From a virus, in the IMG/VR virus record IMGVR_UViG_3300043411_001575, positions 1-64,000 of that record: DNA of 64,000 nt; one strand, written 5' to 3'. The notes beneath the pieces were generated by a model, which was not told the origin of the DNA, did not search any database, and saw nothing but the letters and a program-made list of their open reading frames with translations. The first letter of the stretch is position 1. Each line of letters opens with the position of its first letter. Both the position numbers and the translations under genes were made by a program. Of this stretch, positions 49,236 to 59,800 are shown in pieces.

Positions 49236-50141
49236 CTAGCATAAATATATTTACCGCCATCCCAAAATCTTTCTGATTTATTTTTAATACCTAACCACTC
49301 CCTAAATGAAAGACCACTATCATCACTAAGGAATTCACGGTATCTTATTTGTGAACGAGTTAGTTTTTTAATTGGTGGCTTATGATTAAATGTTTCCAAG
49401 TATTGTACTTCCCATGTTGGATGGCAAGGCAAAGGCTCTGCGGTTACATTATCATAAAAATTAACTCCGATATAGTTTCCCATATCTTTTGTTATTACCC
49501 CTTTTTTACCATTAACAATTACCTCTCTGTGTATTTCAGCAGGAACATTATATCTGTTTTTTATGTATTCGAATTCCACTTTTTATTTCGTTTTAAAATC
49601 TTCGTATTCTCCAATATAACAAACTCCATATTCAAGATAATCACCATCCTTAGTAAATTCTTTTTCCATAAATCTAGCTTCTTTATAGGCACTATCTTCT
49701 GTTTCAAATAACTTACTCTTACCAAAGTACTTTTTAAGTTCCTTTTTACGCTTTACACTTCCTTCAGGAAAGAAATAAATATTATCTATGCATTGCGTAT
49801 AAATAACTCTATATCCATCAGGAAACTTAGCTATGTATATCCCATTGTCTGCACTCATTAATTTGTATTTTTATAAAACCAATATAAATCTCCATCAGGC
49901 TCTAAAATCCATTCGCCTAAATAATCTTTTGCGTTATCACAGGTTAAGGTTATTTTACTCATACTATCAATCTTCAAAGTTTTAGTATCCATAATAGTAG
50001 CAGCTCTTATTGTTAACTGCCCATGAATTTCCTTTACAACCACATCAGTACTTCCGATGTGGCTCTTTAGGTCTTTTGGTACACAAATGATAACAGTATT
50101 GTGCCTGTATGTAGTATCTACAATTTTAACTTGAAACATAA

Positions 50142-51194
50142 TTACTCTTCGTTATTGTAAAACACTTTGTAAAACTTCATTCCTTTTTCTTCATCAAAAC
50201 CTTTTTGAACTAGGTCATGTCTTCCATGAATGTAAAGATGAAAGTTCTTGTCTAATTTGATGATTCCTTTAAAATATTTCTCTTGTTTCTTTACCGCTGT
50301 TGCTGAAATTTCGAAGTCTTCAACATCATTTTTTACGTGATTAACTTCTTCACTAATTGTTCGGTATTCTTTGAAGCTATCAATTAATTCAGGTTGAGAT
50401 AAAACTTCTGCTTGAAACTCTTCTATGTTAAATCTATCCTTATCTTTAAAGTAGTTTAGTGACCTGTCTTTAATCAACATTTGGTCAACAGGCTCAACAT
50501 TGTTTTCTTGTGTTAAAACCTCTTCACAGAAATTATTAATTGTAGCTAACATGTTGTTTGTATGAAAGAATCTATCTTCACAAAGTTTTACCCCTAAGAA
50601 ATCTTCTGTCCAATATAAAGCTGCCTGAGCTATTTTATGACTATTATCAATGATGCTGATTTTATAACCATCTTCATTGTTAACATTGAATATCAAACAT
50701 CCCTTGTCAAGTTTATTGATGTTTATTCCATTCTCTGCTTCTACCTCAAAATTATCAAGGTTTTGATTTAATTTTAAGTATGTTTCTTTATTCTCCGACT
50801 TGAAGATTCCAATAGCATCACAAAGTTCTCCATCTACAACACAATCTCTGATATATGTCATAAAGAAATCACCACCTTTAATTTTAGGATGATTACTTTG
50901 GTCATAAAGACGTTGAGCAATCTTCTTAGAGTTTTCAAACATAGTTGATGGGTTATCAAACACATCTCGTACATACGATTGAACATCATAAATTTTAATC
51001 GCATCAGGCTTTCTGAATTGGAAATACACATCAGATTTAAAGGTATTCAGGAAGAAATGGTAAATAGTTTCCTTAACCCATTCATCGCCTATTTTATTAG
51101 GCATGTTTGCGAAGACAATCTCTTCTCCTAATCCTTTGTTACCAACGTAGTGTATTGCGATTTCGTTGGATTCACTTCTTTTAAATTCAATCAT
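50142..51194 (-). CDS. nucleoid-associated protein (NA37/YejK-like, Bacteroidota type)
   Basis: IHYVGNK, LYDQSNHPKIKGG, AIGIFKSENKETYL, GININKLDKGCLIFN, YWTEDFL, IKLDKNFHLYIHG. Confidence 0.8.
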   Translation of the reverse strand: MIEFKRSESNEIAIHYVGNKGLGEEIVFANMPNKIGDEWVKETIYHFFLNTFKSDVYFQFRKPDAIKIYDVQSYVRDVFDNPSTMFENSKKIAQRLYDQSNHPKIKGGDFFMTYIRDCVVDGELCDAIGIFKSENKETYLKLNQNLDNFEVEAENGININKLDKGCLIFNVNNEDGYKISIIDNSHKIAQAALYWTEDFLGVKLCEDRFFHTNNMLATINNFCEEVLTQENNVEPVDQMLIKDRSLNYFKDKDRFNIEEFQAEVLSQPELIDSFKEYRTISEEVNHVKNDVEDFEISATAVKKQEKYFKGIIKLDKNFHLYIHGRHDLVQKGFDEEKGMKFYKVFYNNEE

Positions 51195-51214
51195 TTTTTT
51201 CTGTTTTTTAATTA

Positions 51215-54200
51215 TTATTTATCTTCTACTTTTTTAATTATTTCACACCATTCAGCTATGAAATCAGTTTCTTCACCTGATTCTAAGCGAACATAAACAC
51301 GATTATTATCCAAGAAGCCATACCCAATAATTTCTCCTTTAGATGAAGTTCCAAATGCTTTTTGCTCGACAATATCACCTACTCTTAAACCATAGTAGCG
51401 ACTTCTGTTTTCGTTATCAAATTCTTTTTGCATTTTAATCCTCCTCAGATAAAACAGGTTCTAACTCTAATTCAAGAAGAGTAGCTAGTTTTTGTTTTTC
51501 TTCTTCTGTTACTTCAATTAATTCTTCTTCATCCCATTTTTCACACAATGTTTTAGTTGGAAGAGAAGTTGGAGAAAAGAACTTATGCTCAATACCATTT
51601 TCATCAATTACAGTAATGATAGTTGTTCCACCATCTCTGTATCTAGTAAAGTTTTTAACTTCAAATTCTTTTACAACTTCATTTTCAATGACAAAAAATC
51701 TGTGGTTTTTATATTGGGAATTGTAAGCAGGTGAATCAACTAAAAAATATTTAGGGTTTTCATCTTTTGTCTTGAAACAATATTGAATTTTTCTAACATC
51801 TTCAGGTATTTTCAAAAACGTCATAGATAAAGCTTTTTCTATCTGTTCGAAATTTACAAAAGTTTCATTTGGGTATGGATGATTAAATGGATTACCCTTG
51901 TCGTAACTAGCAGCTTTTTTCATGAAATTAAATTCAGGTGTCCAATCCATCCTACCAATTAAAAGTATTAAATTATCACCATGTGAATAAACTGTAAATT
52001 GTGATTTATGCACATCATACCAAACGTTTTTACCATCTGCTTGTTTCATATCTCCACGACCTGAACCAAATCCACCACCAATCATTTCAACAAAATAATC
52101 TGTTTTAGGAAATCTAATGTAAACTTGATGGTCTCCACCTTCTAAACCGAATCTTAACAACTCAAAATATTCTTGTGCCGTTTCTCTGTTTTCATCTTCA
52201 ACATCTGTGAAGTAAATAGCAGTATTTTTTAAATCAGAACTTCTAAAAAGTTCCACATCTCTTCCTTTGAATTGTGATAAATCACCGAATTGTTTTTCCA
52301 TTTTGTTTTCTTTTAATTTAAATTTTTAAATATTTTCAAGTTTTTTCAACTCTTTCAATTTTTCATCTCGAAGCTTTCTTACTTCAGATAAAATTAATTC
52401 TTTTGTTTCTTCTAAAGAATATAATTCAGAATGCGCACCTATACCTCCTACAAACATGAATTTATGTTTATACCTATCTCTTATGAATCTAACTGAAAAC
52501 AAAATTGCATCATTAATAAAATGTTCAACTGAATAAAGAGAGTCAATATGTTTATCATAATCTGAATAGTGAACATCCTGATAAGTTGAACTTTCTTTCC
52601 AATAGTGTCCTACTCTAAATCCGATAGAGCGAATCCACCTGTCGAACTCATTGTATTTATCCAAGAAAGCTTGTCTTTCTTCTCTTTCTTTAATTGCTGA
52701 TGTTTTGTATTTTTTCTTTGCCATAATTATCCAATTTGATTTTTAATAATTTCTTGTTTTGTCATATACTCATCAAATGCATTCATGAAAGCTAATACAT
52801 CATCATCGTAATCTGAATCAGGGTCGTAATAATCAAAATCTAACTTATGTGATATTTCTTTTGAAAAAATCATATCATATTTATTCTTCCATGATAAATC
52901 AGATGCAGCAATTTTTTTAGCTCTTTCGTATATAGCAACTTTTTCACCATAAGTTAATTCAACTTCATTCATTGATTCTTTTGTAGACTCAATAACATCA
53001 TTAACTAAAGTTAATATTTCATCTGTGAACCATTCACTTTCGAAATCATAACCTAATTTCTTTTCTAATATTTTTTTTACTTTCTCATCCATGATTATTT
53101 ATTTTCAATTTTATACTCGGTTCTAATTTTTGATGGAGAATAACTAATAGCAGGTAAAGTTTTAATAAATTGATTTAACTCATCTAGTTTATCTTGTAGT
53201 TCTTTTGGTATATCTCCATCTTCAGGCAATTTATCCTCCCAAATACTACTATCAATATTATCCAAATAATTTGAATCGCAAATTACAAGCATAAGGTCTT
53301 TTGGGTCAACTTCTGAGTCTTCACAAAAATCATCAATCTCATCAATATTATAAAAATATTTACTATAGTTCTCAGAATAAACAGGCTGTTTACCATCCCA
53401 CTCTTGAAAAGTATAAGCTTTATATCTTTCTACAGCCGATTTACTTATACAAAAATCACATTTAGTCCAACCTTTAGTTACCTTGTTCCCACACTCACAT
53501 TTATTATGAGTAGAACCATCATGACGAGCAGTACGTTCATCAGAGCCATAAAATCTACCATTACGACTTACCCATCCTGTTACTGTCATTTTTTTTGCAG
53601 CAATTTCATCATCAGGGAATACTACTAATTCTTTTTCCTTTTCCATTCTTTTTTTTTTAATTAAGATTGCTCAGGCAAATTATTAAATTCTTCTTCTGTC
53701 ATCATTACGGGAGTAACAGTGTATTGTAAATCATCAATCTCATATTTACCATCATCTGTTTCAACATCGAAATCTGCTAAAATTATTTCTTCTGCTCTTG
53801 AAATATCTTTAATAGTTACTGATAAATCTCCGTTGCTTTCTACAAGCCAATATAATTTCTTTTCCATTTTTAGTTTTTATAGTTTATAATAATGAAAGTA
53901 TTTCATGATATTTGTTAGTTAATCTTACAAGTTCTTCAAAATCTTTTTTTGAAAAATCTTTAAATTCATCTATATTATCAATGTTATCAAGAATTAATTC
54001 CATTTGATTCAAGACTTTAAGAACATCCATTTTATGTATAATTCCTAATTGGATTTTTGCTTCTGAAGTTAGTTTACCCATTTTTATTTTTTTAGCTAAC
54101 TAAAATTGTTTCTTCAATATAAACAGATGGTCTTCCTCCTGACATCTCTTCATTGTATACCTGAGACTTCTTTTTATCTTCAGCTTTTTCTTTATCAGTA

Positions 54201-55361
54201 GTGCATAAGATAAAACCATTATCTCTTGATAAAACGATATAAACTTTTGTATCTTCCATGTATTTATTTTTTAAAAAACTTCTATTAGGTTCTCTTCCAA
54301 ATATTTTTATATAATGTTTAACAGTCCATTTTCTCCACCTTGCGCTCTTTTTATGATGATTTGAAAACAAACAATCTCCACTAGTACATCCGTTTTCTCC
54401 GCCTTCACAAGTAGCACTATTACATAGTTTCACCATAACATATTTTTCTTCTTTACCTTTCATTTTTTAAAAGTTTTTTTATCAATAAATCCATTTCCTT
54501 CTTTAAGTAGTAGTTTGTATTTATCTTCATTGAATATTTTAATGCAATTATTTTGTTCATCATCTAAAGCAACAAAACCTCTTTTTACTATCAAGTGATG
54601 GTGAAAGTTTTTATTCATGCATTCAAGAACTAATAGATTTTTACCATCACGTTTGGCTGAGTATTCAAACCATTCAAAAACATCATCCAAATGACCATTT
54701 CCAATTTCATCATTCATAACAGAAAGGATAAAATAGCTATCACCCGAATCACCCCATTGACCATGACAAGTACCTACTTTGAATAGCATATGTTTTTTAC
54801 CAACAACGCTGTAAGGACTTTGAGCAACTTGGAAGTCTAAGTTATGTTTTGTTTGAATTACGTTTTCCATAATTAAATCAATTTATAAACTCCTAATTCA
54901 ACTAATTCTTCTACTGAGTAATCCAAGTAAGGTAGAGCGTAACCTTTTGATTGTAAAAACTGAAAGCAATAAGCATATTCTAATGGAGAAGTACTAACCG
55001 AGTCTACCGATTTACCAAAAAAAACTTTTGTTGATTCCTTTCCAACTATAACGTACATCTCTTTAAGGTCATCTATATTTTGGTCTTCCCTAATATCCCC
55101 ATCCAATCTTTTTTTGATAATATCACGACCCCAATTTAAATATTTAGCTACCTCAATGGCATCTTCATCAGAAATATTTTGTATTTCATTCAGAATAACC
55201 TGAATATTTGAAAACATATAATGGTCTTCTTGTATTTTAGAACAAGTTTCATATGTAACTTTGAATAAATCGCTAGGCTCAACAATAGCAGGAGTTAAAA
55301 ATCTTTGCCCTATATATTGAGCAAATATCTTAGCTTTTATTTCTTTCGTTATTTCTTTCAT
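51215..55361 (-). other. block of small hypothetical phage genes
   Basis: About 10 co-oriented ORFs with no recognised family. Confidence 0.65.
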
Positions 55362-55378
55362 AATTATTTTTAGTTTAA

Positions 55379-55876
55379 CTAAACTTCAAAACAACATTTA
55401 GGATTCATTATTAAAACACTTTCACAATCCCAACCATATAGTGAAATAGGATACGTTAAATGAGTTTCCCCTTGTCCTTTTTCAGTTAACCAAATGGCAT
55501 CACACATTGTTGATAAAAATGAAAAATCAGGATACTCTCTTTTAATTGAACCTAAACCTATATCCAATAGAGGAAGTTCAATAAGGTCTTTTAGGCTATC
55601 AATAAGAATTATCTTAGTATCAGGATTAAACTTCAACTTAAAGCTATTTGATTCATGGCATTGTCTAAATTCAGCACCTTCACACCAATCTTTCCATCCC
55701 CAATTAGAATCAACAGGAGAAGTCCATAAGCCACCTTTAGGTTTAACCCAATTTTCATTTGAAATTGGCTTAATAGATGACTCTATGTATTTTTTTGCTC
55801 CGTAATGAATAACAGTTAGACTACTAACAGCATCAGGATTTGCGAAATTAAGCTTATATTTAGTTTGATTTTCCAT
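55379..55876 (-). CDS. conserved phage protein, possible ADP-ribosyltransferase-like fold
   Basis: IHYG...KPKGGLWTSP...LYGWDCES. Confidence 0.4.
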   Translation of the reverse strand: MENQTKYKLNFANPDAVSSLTVIHYGAKKYIESSIKPISNENWVKPKGGLWTSPVDSNWGWKDWCEGAEFRQCHESNSFKLKFNPDTKIILIDSLKDLIELPLLDIGLGSIKREYPDFSFLSTMCDAIWLTEKGQGETHLTYPISLYGWDCESVLIMNPKCCFEV

Positions 55877-55882
55877 AACTAA

Positions 55883-56266
55883 TTAATCAATTAATTCAAA
55901 TTCAACAGACTCCGAATAGTAACCATTTGATGAGCCAAACCAACGAATATCTACATATCCTTTTATGGTAGCTAATTTATAGAAAGTCCAAGTGTAAGAA
56001 TCATAACTAGAAGAATTTTTACCTTCATCTGATTCAGCATATTTTTTTTCAAAATCTTCGTTGCTAACTTGTTCAGATAACAAAATTGGACTGCCAACTA
56101 AATCTTGTAAATCACCATTAATATCATCAATCATTACGTTTTCGCAACAATCCTGAGAGTGATACATTTTGTATTGTAAACCTTCTGACGTAACGAAAAT
56201 TATTTCATCATTCCCATCATTAATCACAGAGGTAAGTGTTTTACCAACTAGAACTGAAACATCCAT
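55883..56266 (-). CDS. conserved phage protein (DUF7448-like)
   Basis: MYHSQDCCE.V...GDLQDLVGSPIL...TWTFYKLAT.KGYVDIRW.G.SNGYYSE. Confidence 0.7.
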   Translation of the reverse strand: MDVSVLVGKTLTSVINDGNDEIIFVTSEGLQYKMYHSQDCCENVMIDDINGDLQDLVGSPILLSEQVSNEDFEKKYAESDEGKNSSSYDSYTWTFYKLATIKGYVDIRWFGSSNGYYSESVEFELID

Positions 56267-56277
56267 AATTGTTTTTA

Positions 56278-56299
56278 GTATTTGACCATTGCAAATATA
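56278..56299 (-). promoter_or_regulatory. promoter plus GGTCAAATAC motif
   Basis: Minus strand TATATTTG-CAAT-GGTCAAATAC. Confidence 0.65.
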
Positions 56300-56349
56300 A
56301 TAACATTTTTGATATTACAAGCAAAAAAGATATTAACAATTTTATAGAG

Positions 56350-56423
56350 TGACTATACAAGGACTCCAACCTTGAATCTTCGAGTTCGTAGCCCGATATG
56401 TTATGCGATTACACTATATAGTC
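56350..56423 (-). tRNA. tRNA-Arg(ACG)
   Basis: TCGGG-CTACGAA-CTCGA; T-loop TTGGAGT. Confidence 0.85.
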
Positions 56424-57487
56424 ATTTGTTTTTTATATCTCCTTACCCAAGAAGTAGCTCCACTCTTAGTTAGTCCAAATAAATTCATTATTTTTTTAAC
56501 TATTTTTTTATCATTTATATTAATGTTGTTTTCAGTTAAAATTTGAATTCTATTCTTATTGAACTTAATTGATTCATCTTTCATATTGTCAAAGTATCCT
56601 GATTTAGAACCATATTTCCTAGCCCTTGACAATCCATTTCTATCAGTCTTTTTAAAACACTTTGATTCATAAAAGTCAGGCATAAATTTAGACATCCATC
56701 CTTTAACTTTTTGTGGTATTAAGTCTGTTATTTCACTAACTCTCTTTGCCCATCCAAACTTAGAAAAATCAATATCTGAATTACTTATTATTTCTATTCT
56801 TTTAGAATGTATATTTTTAAAATTAAACTCATTAATACAATCAGTATATTCTTTACGTGATTTACTTTTAAATACTTCTTTTTTCTGTTTAATATAAAAA
56901 GAATAGTCAATATTACCCATATAATATTCATTCTTTAATCCTGAAATTAAATCACTTACAAATGATTTTTTATATATATTTGAATAGTGTATATCAAATA
57001 ATTTCCATCCTAATTCCTCTATTTCTTCTTTTCTTTTTTGATAATATTCTTTTAGAGAACCATCTCTATTATAATGTTGATTTCCATTTACCTCTATACC
57101 TATTTTTTTATCAGGGAATGCAATATCAATACTAAAAAACCTATTATCTAATGGTTTATACTCTTCTACAAAACTAATATCATTTTCAATAAATAACTTT
57201 TTTAAAATTTCACATGGTACAGATTTTAATTTTTCACTTCGTTTCCAAACGCATTTTTCAGGATTTTCTCGTAGATATAAAGACATTTTCAAACTTAAAT
57301 GCTTTCTTAATTCATCACTATGTTTTATTTTATGTTTTATTTTTTTGATGAAACCTTCTCTTTCAGCTCTATTTAATACATTTTTACCAATACCAAATTT
57401 TTTTGTTATTTTAGTCCAAAGTAATCCATTCTCATGTTCTGATTTAATTAAATCCCAATCTATTTTTGTTAAATCTAATCTCTTCAT
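56414..57487 (-). CDS. DUF559/Vsr-like (PD-(D/E)XK-related) endonuclease
   Basis: FVEEY...FSIDIAFPDKKIGIEVNGNQHY...LGWKLFDIHY; stop lies inside the tRNA-Arg 5' end. Confidence 0.8.
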   Translation of the reverse strand: MKRLDLTKIDWDLIKSEHENGLLWTKITKKFGIGKNVLNRAEREGFIKKIKHKIKHSDELRKHLSLKMSLYLRENPEKCVWKRSEKLKSVPCEILKKLFIENDISFVEEYKPLDNRFFSIDIAFPDKKIGIEVNGNQHYNRDGSLKEYYQKRKEEIEELGWKLFDIHYSNIYKKSFVSDLISGLKNEYYMGNIDYSFYIKQKKEVFKSKSRKEYTDCINEFNFKNIHSKRIEIISNSDIDFSKFGWAKRVSEITDLIPQKVKGWMSKFMPDFYESKCFKKTDRNGLSRARKYGSKSGYFDNMKDESIKFNKNRIQILTENNININDKKIVKKIMNLFGLTKSGATSWVRRYKKQMTI

Positions 57488-57527
57488 AATATTTATTTTT
57501 ATACAAATATATGAATATTATTTTTAG

Positions 57528-57617
57528 AATCCCCGATAGGAGTCGAACCTACATTATTCTTTTAAAAAGAAAGCAAAATTAGAAGTTTTGTGCATTATCC
57601 ATTTATGCTACGGGGAC
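57528..57617 (-). tRNA. tRNA-Arg(TCT) with extended variable arm
   Basis: CAAAA-CTTCTAA-TTTTG; variable region of about 20 nt. Confidence 0.82.
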
Positions 57618-57691
57618 ATATATTTATCTACCTCTTCGCAATCTGCGAGAAGTAAAAAAAGTTTTTATGTGCCTTGTAGTTAACATTGAAT

Positions 57692-58093
57692 TTAATTTTT
57701 GATATGTTTATTAAAGGATAACATTAATCCATTTATATTTTCTTTTCCAACAGGATTAGCACTTTGAATATTATACAATGGTAATTTTAATTTATTATCC
57801 AAACAATATTCTACTAACCATTTAGCGCAATCATATCCTGTTTTTTCTTCTTTCTTTAATAATCTTGATTTTCTTTTACTCATTCCTTTTGCCCTAGCTT
57901 CTAAAGCAACTTCCATTCCTAAATCATGGTCAAAACAAATAGCTTCAGGTAATCCATTTTGGTTAATCCAATCAACAAATTCATTATAAGATTTAACCCA
58001 AATACAATCAAAAGGTTTTTCAATCGGACTATATGAAAGCCAATCTCCTTCAAAAGGATTTCTCAAATCATCTAACCATAAAAGTTTTTTCAT
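57692..58093 (-). CDS. cyclic-phosphate-processing receiver-like domain protein
   Basis: LWLDDLRNP...WVKSYNEF...ICFDHDLG...KTGYDCAKWL...IQSANPVG. Confidence 0.8.
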   Translation of the reverse strand: MKKLLWLDDLRNPFEGDWLSYSPIEKPFDCIWVKSYNEFVDWINQNGLPEAICFDHDLGMEVALEARAKGMSKRKSRLLKKEEKTGYDCAKWLVEYCLDNKLKLPLYNIQSANPVGKENINGLMLSFNKHIKN

Positions 58094-58107
58094 TTTAAAA
58101 ATATTTG

Positions 58108-58180
58108 TGGCTCAGGGGGAACTCGAATCCCCAACCCTCGCATTAAAAGTGCGATGCTCTACCGATTAAGCTACTGAACC
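58108..58180 (-). tRNA. tRNA-Lys(TTT)
   Basis: TCGCA-CTTTTAA-TGCGA. Confidence 0.93.
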
Positions 58181-58270
58181 ATATTAATAATTACTTACTC
58201 TTTCGCTTTCGCAAAAAAGAAGATAAAGATTTTATGTTTCTCGTAACTAACATTGTTTTATTTTTTTATG

Positions 58271-58342
58271 TACCCGTTGATAGAATCGAACTACCGACAT
58301 AATCCATGTAAGGGATTCGCTCTACCCCTGAGCTAAACGGGC
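58271..58342 (-). tRNA. tRNA-Val(TAC)
   Basis: AATCC-CTTACAT-GGATT. Confidence 0.92.
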
Positions 58343-58352
58343 ATTTATTTTG

Positions 58353-58426
58353 TGGAGCGTACAGGATTCAAACCTGTGTAATCTTTCGTGCAAGGAAAGT
58401 GCATAGTCGGACTCTGCCAACACCCC
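58353..58426 (-). tRNA. tRNA-Ala(TGC)
   Basis: CTTTC-CTTGCAC-GAAAG; G3.U70. Confidence 0.9.
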
Positions 58427-58432
58427 ATTTTG

Positions 58433-58505
58433 TGTTCCCTACTTGAATCGAACAAGTGACCTCTCGGTTATGAGCCGAATGCTTCTACCCCTGAGCTAAA
58501 GGAAC
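58433..58505 (-). tRNA. tRNA with CAT anticodon, probably Ile2 (lysidine)
   Basis: TTCGG-CTCATAA-CCGAG; body resembles Ile2; Ile2 versus Met assignment is inferred. Confidence 0.75.
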
Positions 58506-58514
58506 TAATTAATA

Positions 58515-58760
58515 TTATTCTCTCAATGCATCTCTTATAACTTTATTCTTCTGTGTACGTTTATATTTGTTATATCCGCTACATCCAAAACAATTACAAG
58601 GTCTGCTTGTTGTTTTCAAAAAAGTATAACCATTTCCTGTTAATGCTTTCTTAATTTCTTTTTCGTCATTCCAAGATGGATGAGCGAACCAATTTTTTAC
58701 TCTTCTTTTAAATTTTGTTTCTTGTTTATGCCTATTGTAGGCACGACTTAAATTTTTCAT
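58515..58760 (-). CDS. small basic protein with CxCxxC motif
   Basis: 81 aa, Arg/Lys-rich, RPCNCFGC. Confidence 0.6.
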   Translation of the reverse strand: MKNLSRAYNRHKQETKFKRRVKNWFAHPSWNDEKEIKKALTGNGYTFLKTTSRPCNCFGCSGYNKYKRTQKNKVIRDALRE

Positions 58761-58833
58761 AGCTTCAAGGTTATCACCACTAGCGTAGCTTGGCTAATGG
58801 CTTATAGTTTGAATCTATGTTCTTTTATTGTTT

Positions 58834-59355
58834 TCATTTTTTAGCCTCGATTGATTTTTTAATAATAAAACTTATAGTTCCTTTGCTTTTAATATTTAGT
58901 TTTTCAGCTATTTGCTTATACGAAAGTCCTTCAATATGTAATTTAATTATCTCTTCATGATTGTGCTTCTTTACAAATGAAGTAGCTCTTAAAGCCATTT
59001 TCATTCTAACATCAGAAGGTTTATCCATATTGTTTTCTGAAGCTGTTCCTATTAAAATATTGTCTTTTGAATTATCTTTTTTATTCCCATTTAAATGCCT
59101 AACATGTACACCTTTTTTAAATATTTCATCTCCATATTTTTGATAAGCTACAAGACGATGTACCGAAACTTGTTTTGAAACAGATTTACCATCTATCAAT
59201 ATTCTTCTTGAAATATAGTAATATTTAGTCGTTGTATTAGTGGATAAATTATGCTTTCTTTTTTTATAAAAAACATTCCCTTCTTCATCAACCTTATATC
59301 CTACTCTAACAGCCTCTAATAAAGCTAATGTAGATATTGATTCTTTTATTTTCAT
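58834..59355 (-). CDS. HNH endonuclease with C-terminal HTH
   Basis: VHRLVA...VRHLNGNKKDNSKDNI..GT.SEN..D. Confidence 0.9.
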   Translation of the reverse strand: MKIKESISTLALLEAVRVGYKVDEEGNVFYKKRKHNLSTNTTTKYYYISRRILIDGKSVSKQVSVHRLVAYQKYGDEIFKKGVHVRHLNGNKKDNSKDNILIGTASENNMDKPSDVRMKMALRATSFVKKHNHEEIIKLHIEGLSYKQIAEKLNIKSKGTISFIIKKSIEAKK

Positions 59356-59368
59356 TTTGTTATTTTTG

Positions 59369-59442
59369 AGATAATGACCTGAATCGAACAGGTATTTCAG
59401 GTTTTGCAGACCTGTGCCAAAGCCAATATTAGCTACATTATC
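59369..59442 (-). tRNA. tRNA-Cys(GCA)
   Basis: CAGGT-CTGCAAA-ACCTG; U73. Confidence 0.88.
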
Positions 59443-59451
59443 TTTTTATTG

Positions 59452-59524
59452 AGCGAGTAGAGTGAATCGAACACTCATTTCCTGATTGGAAGTCAGGAGT
59501 AATAACACATTATACTATACTCGC
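59452..59524 (-). tRNA. tRNA-Gly(TCC)
   Basis: CCTGA-CTTCCAA-TCAGG; U73. Confidence 0.92.
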
Positions 59525-59528
59525 ATTT

Positions 59529-59693
59529 TTGTTATTGGATTCCGTGAGGACAACGTGTACGCAGGTCGTTACCTTCATTATTCTGTCGTTCACAAATGAG
59601 AATCAAATGTATTTACGGATAATTCTGACTACAAAAATTAATTTGCACAGCTTATCAATGGTTGCGCTTACAGGAGCGGATTACCAATAACAA
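59529..59693 (-). ncRNA. candidate rod-shaped ncRNA (about 165 nt)
   Basis: Ends pair (TGTTATTGG..TCCG with CGGA..CCAATAACA) with nested helices; fills the gap between tRNA-Glu and tRNA-Gly. Confidence 0.55.
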
Positions 59694-59727
59694 TATTTTT
59701 ATTTTCAAAGAACTTAATTTTGTTAGT

Positions 59728-59800
59728 CACCCGTAGCGTGGTCGAAACGCTTTTTAATGGTTGAAAACCATTTGTCCTAACCTACCGTAGACGAACGGGC
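59728..59800 (-). tRNA. tRNA-Glu(TTC)
   Basis: AATGG-TTTTCAA-CCATT. Confidence 0.87.
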
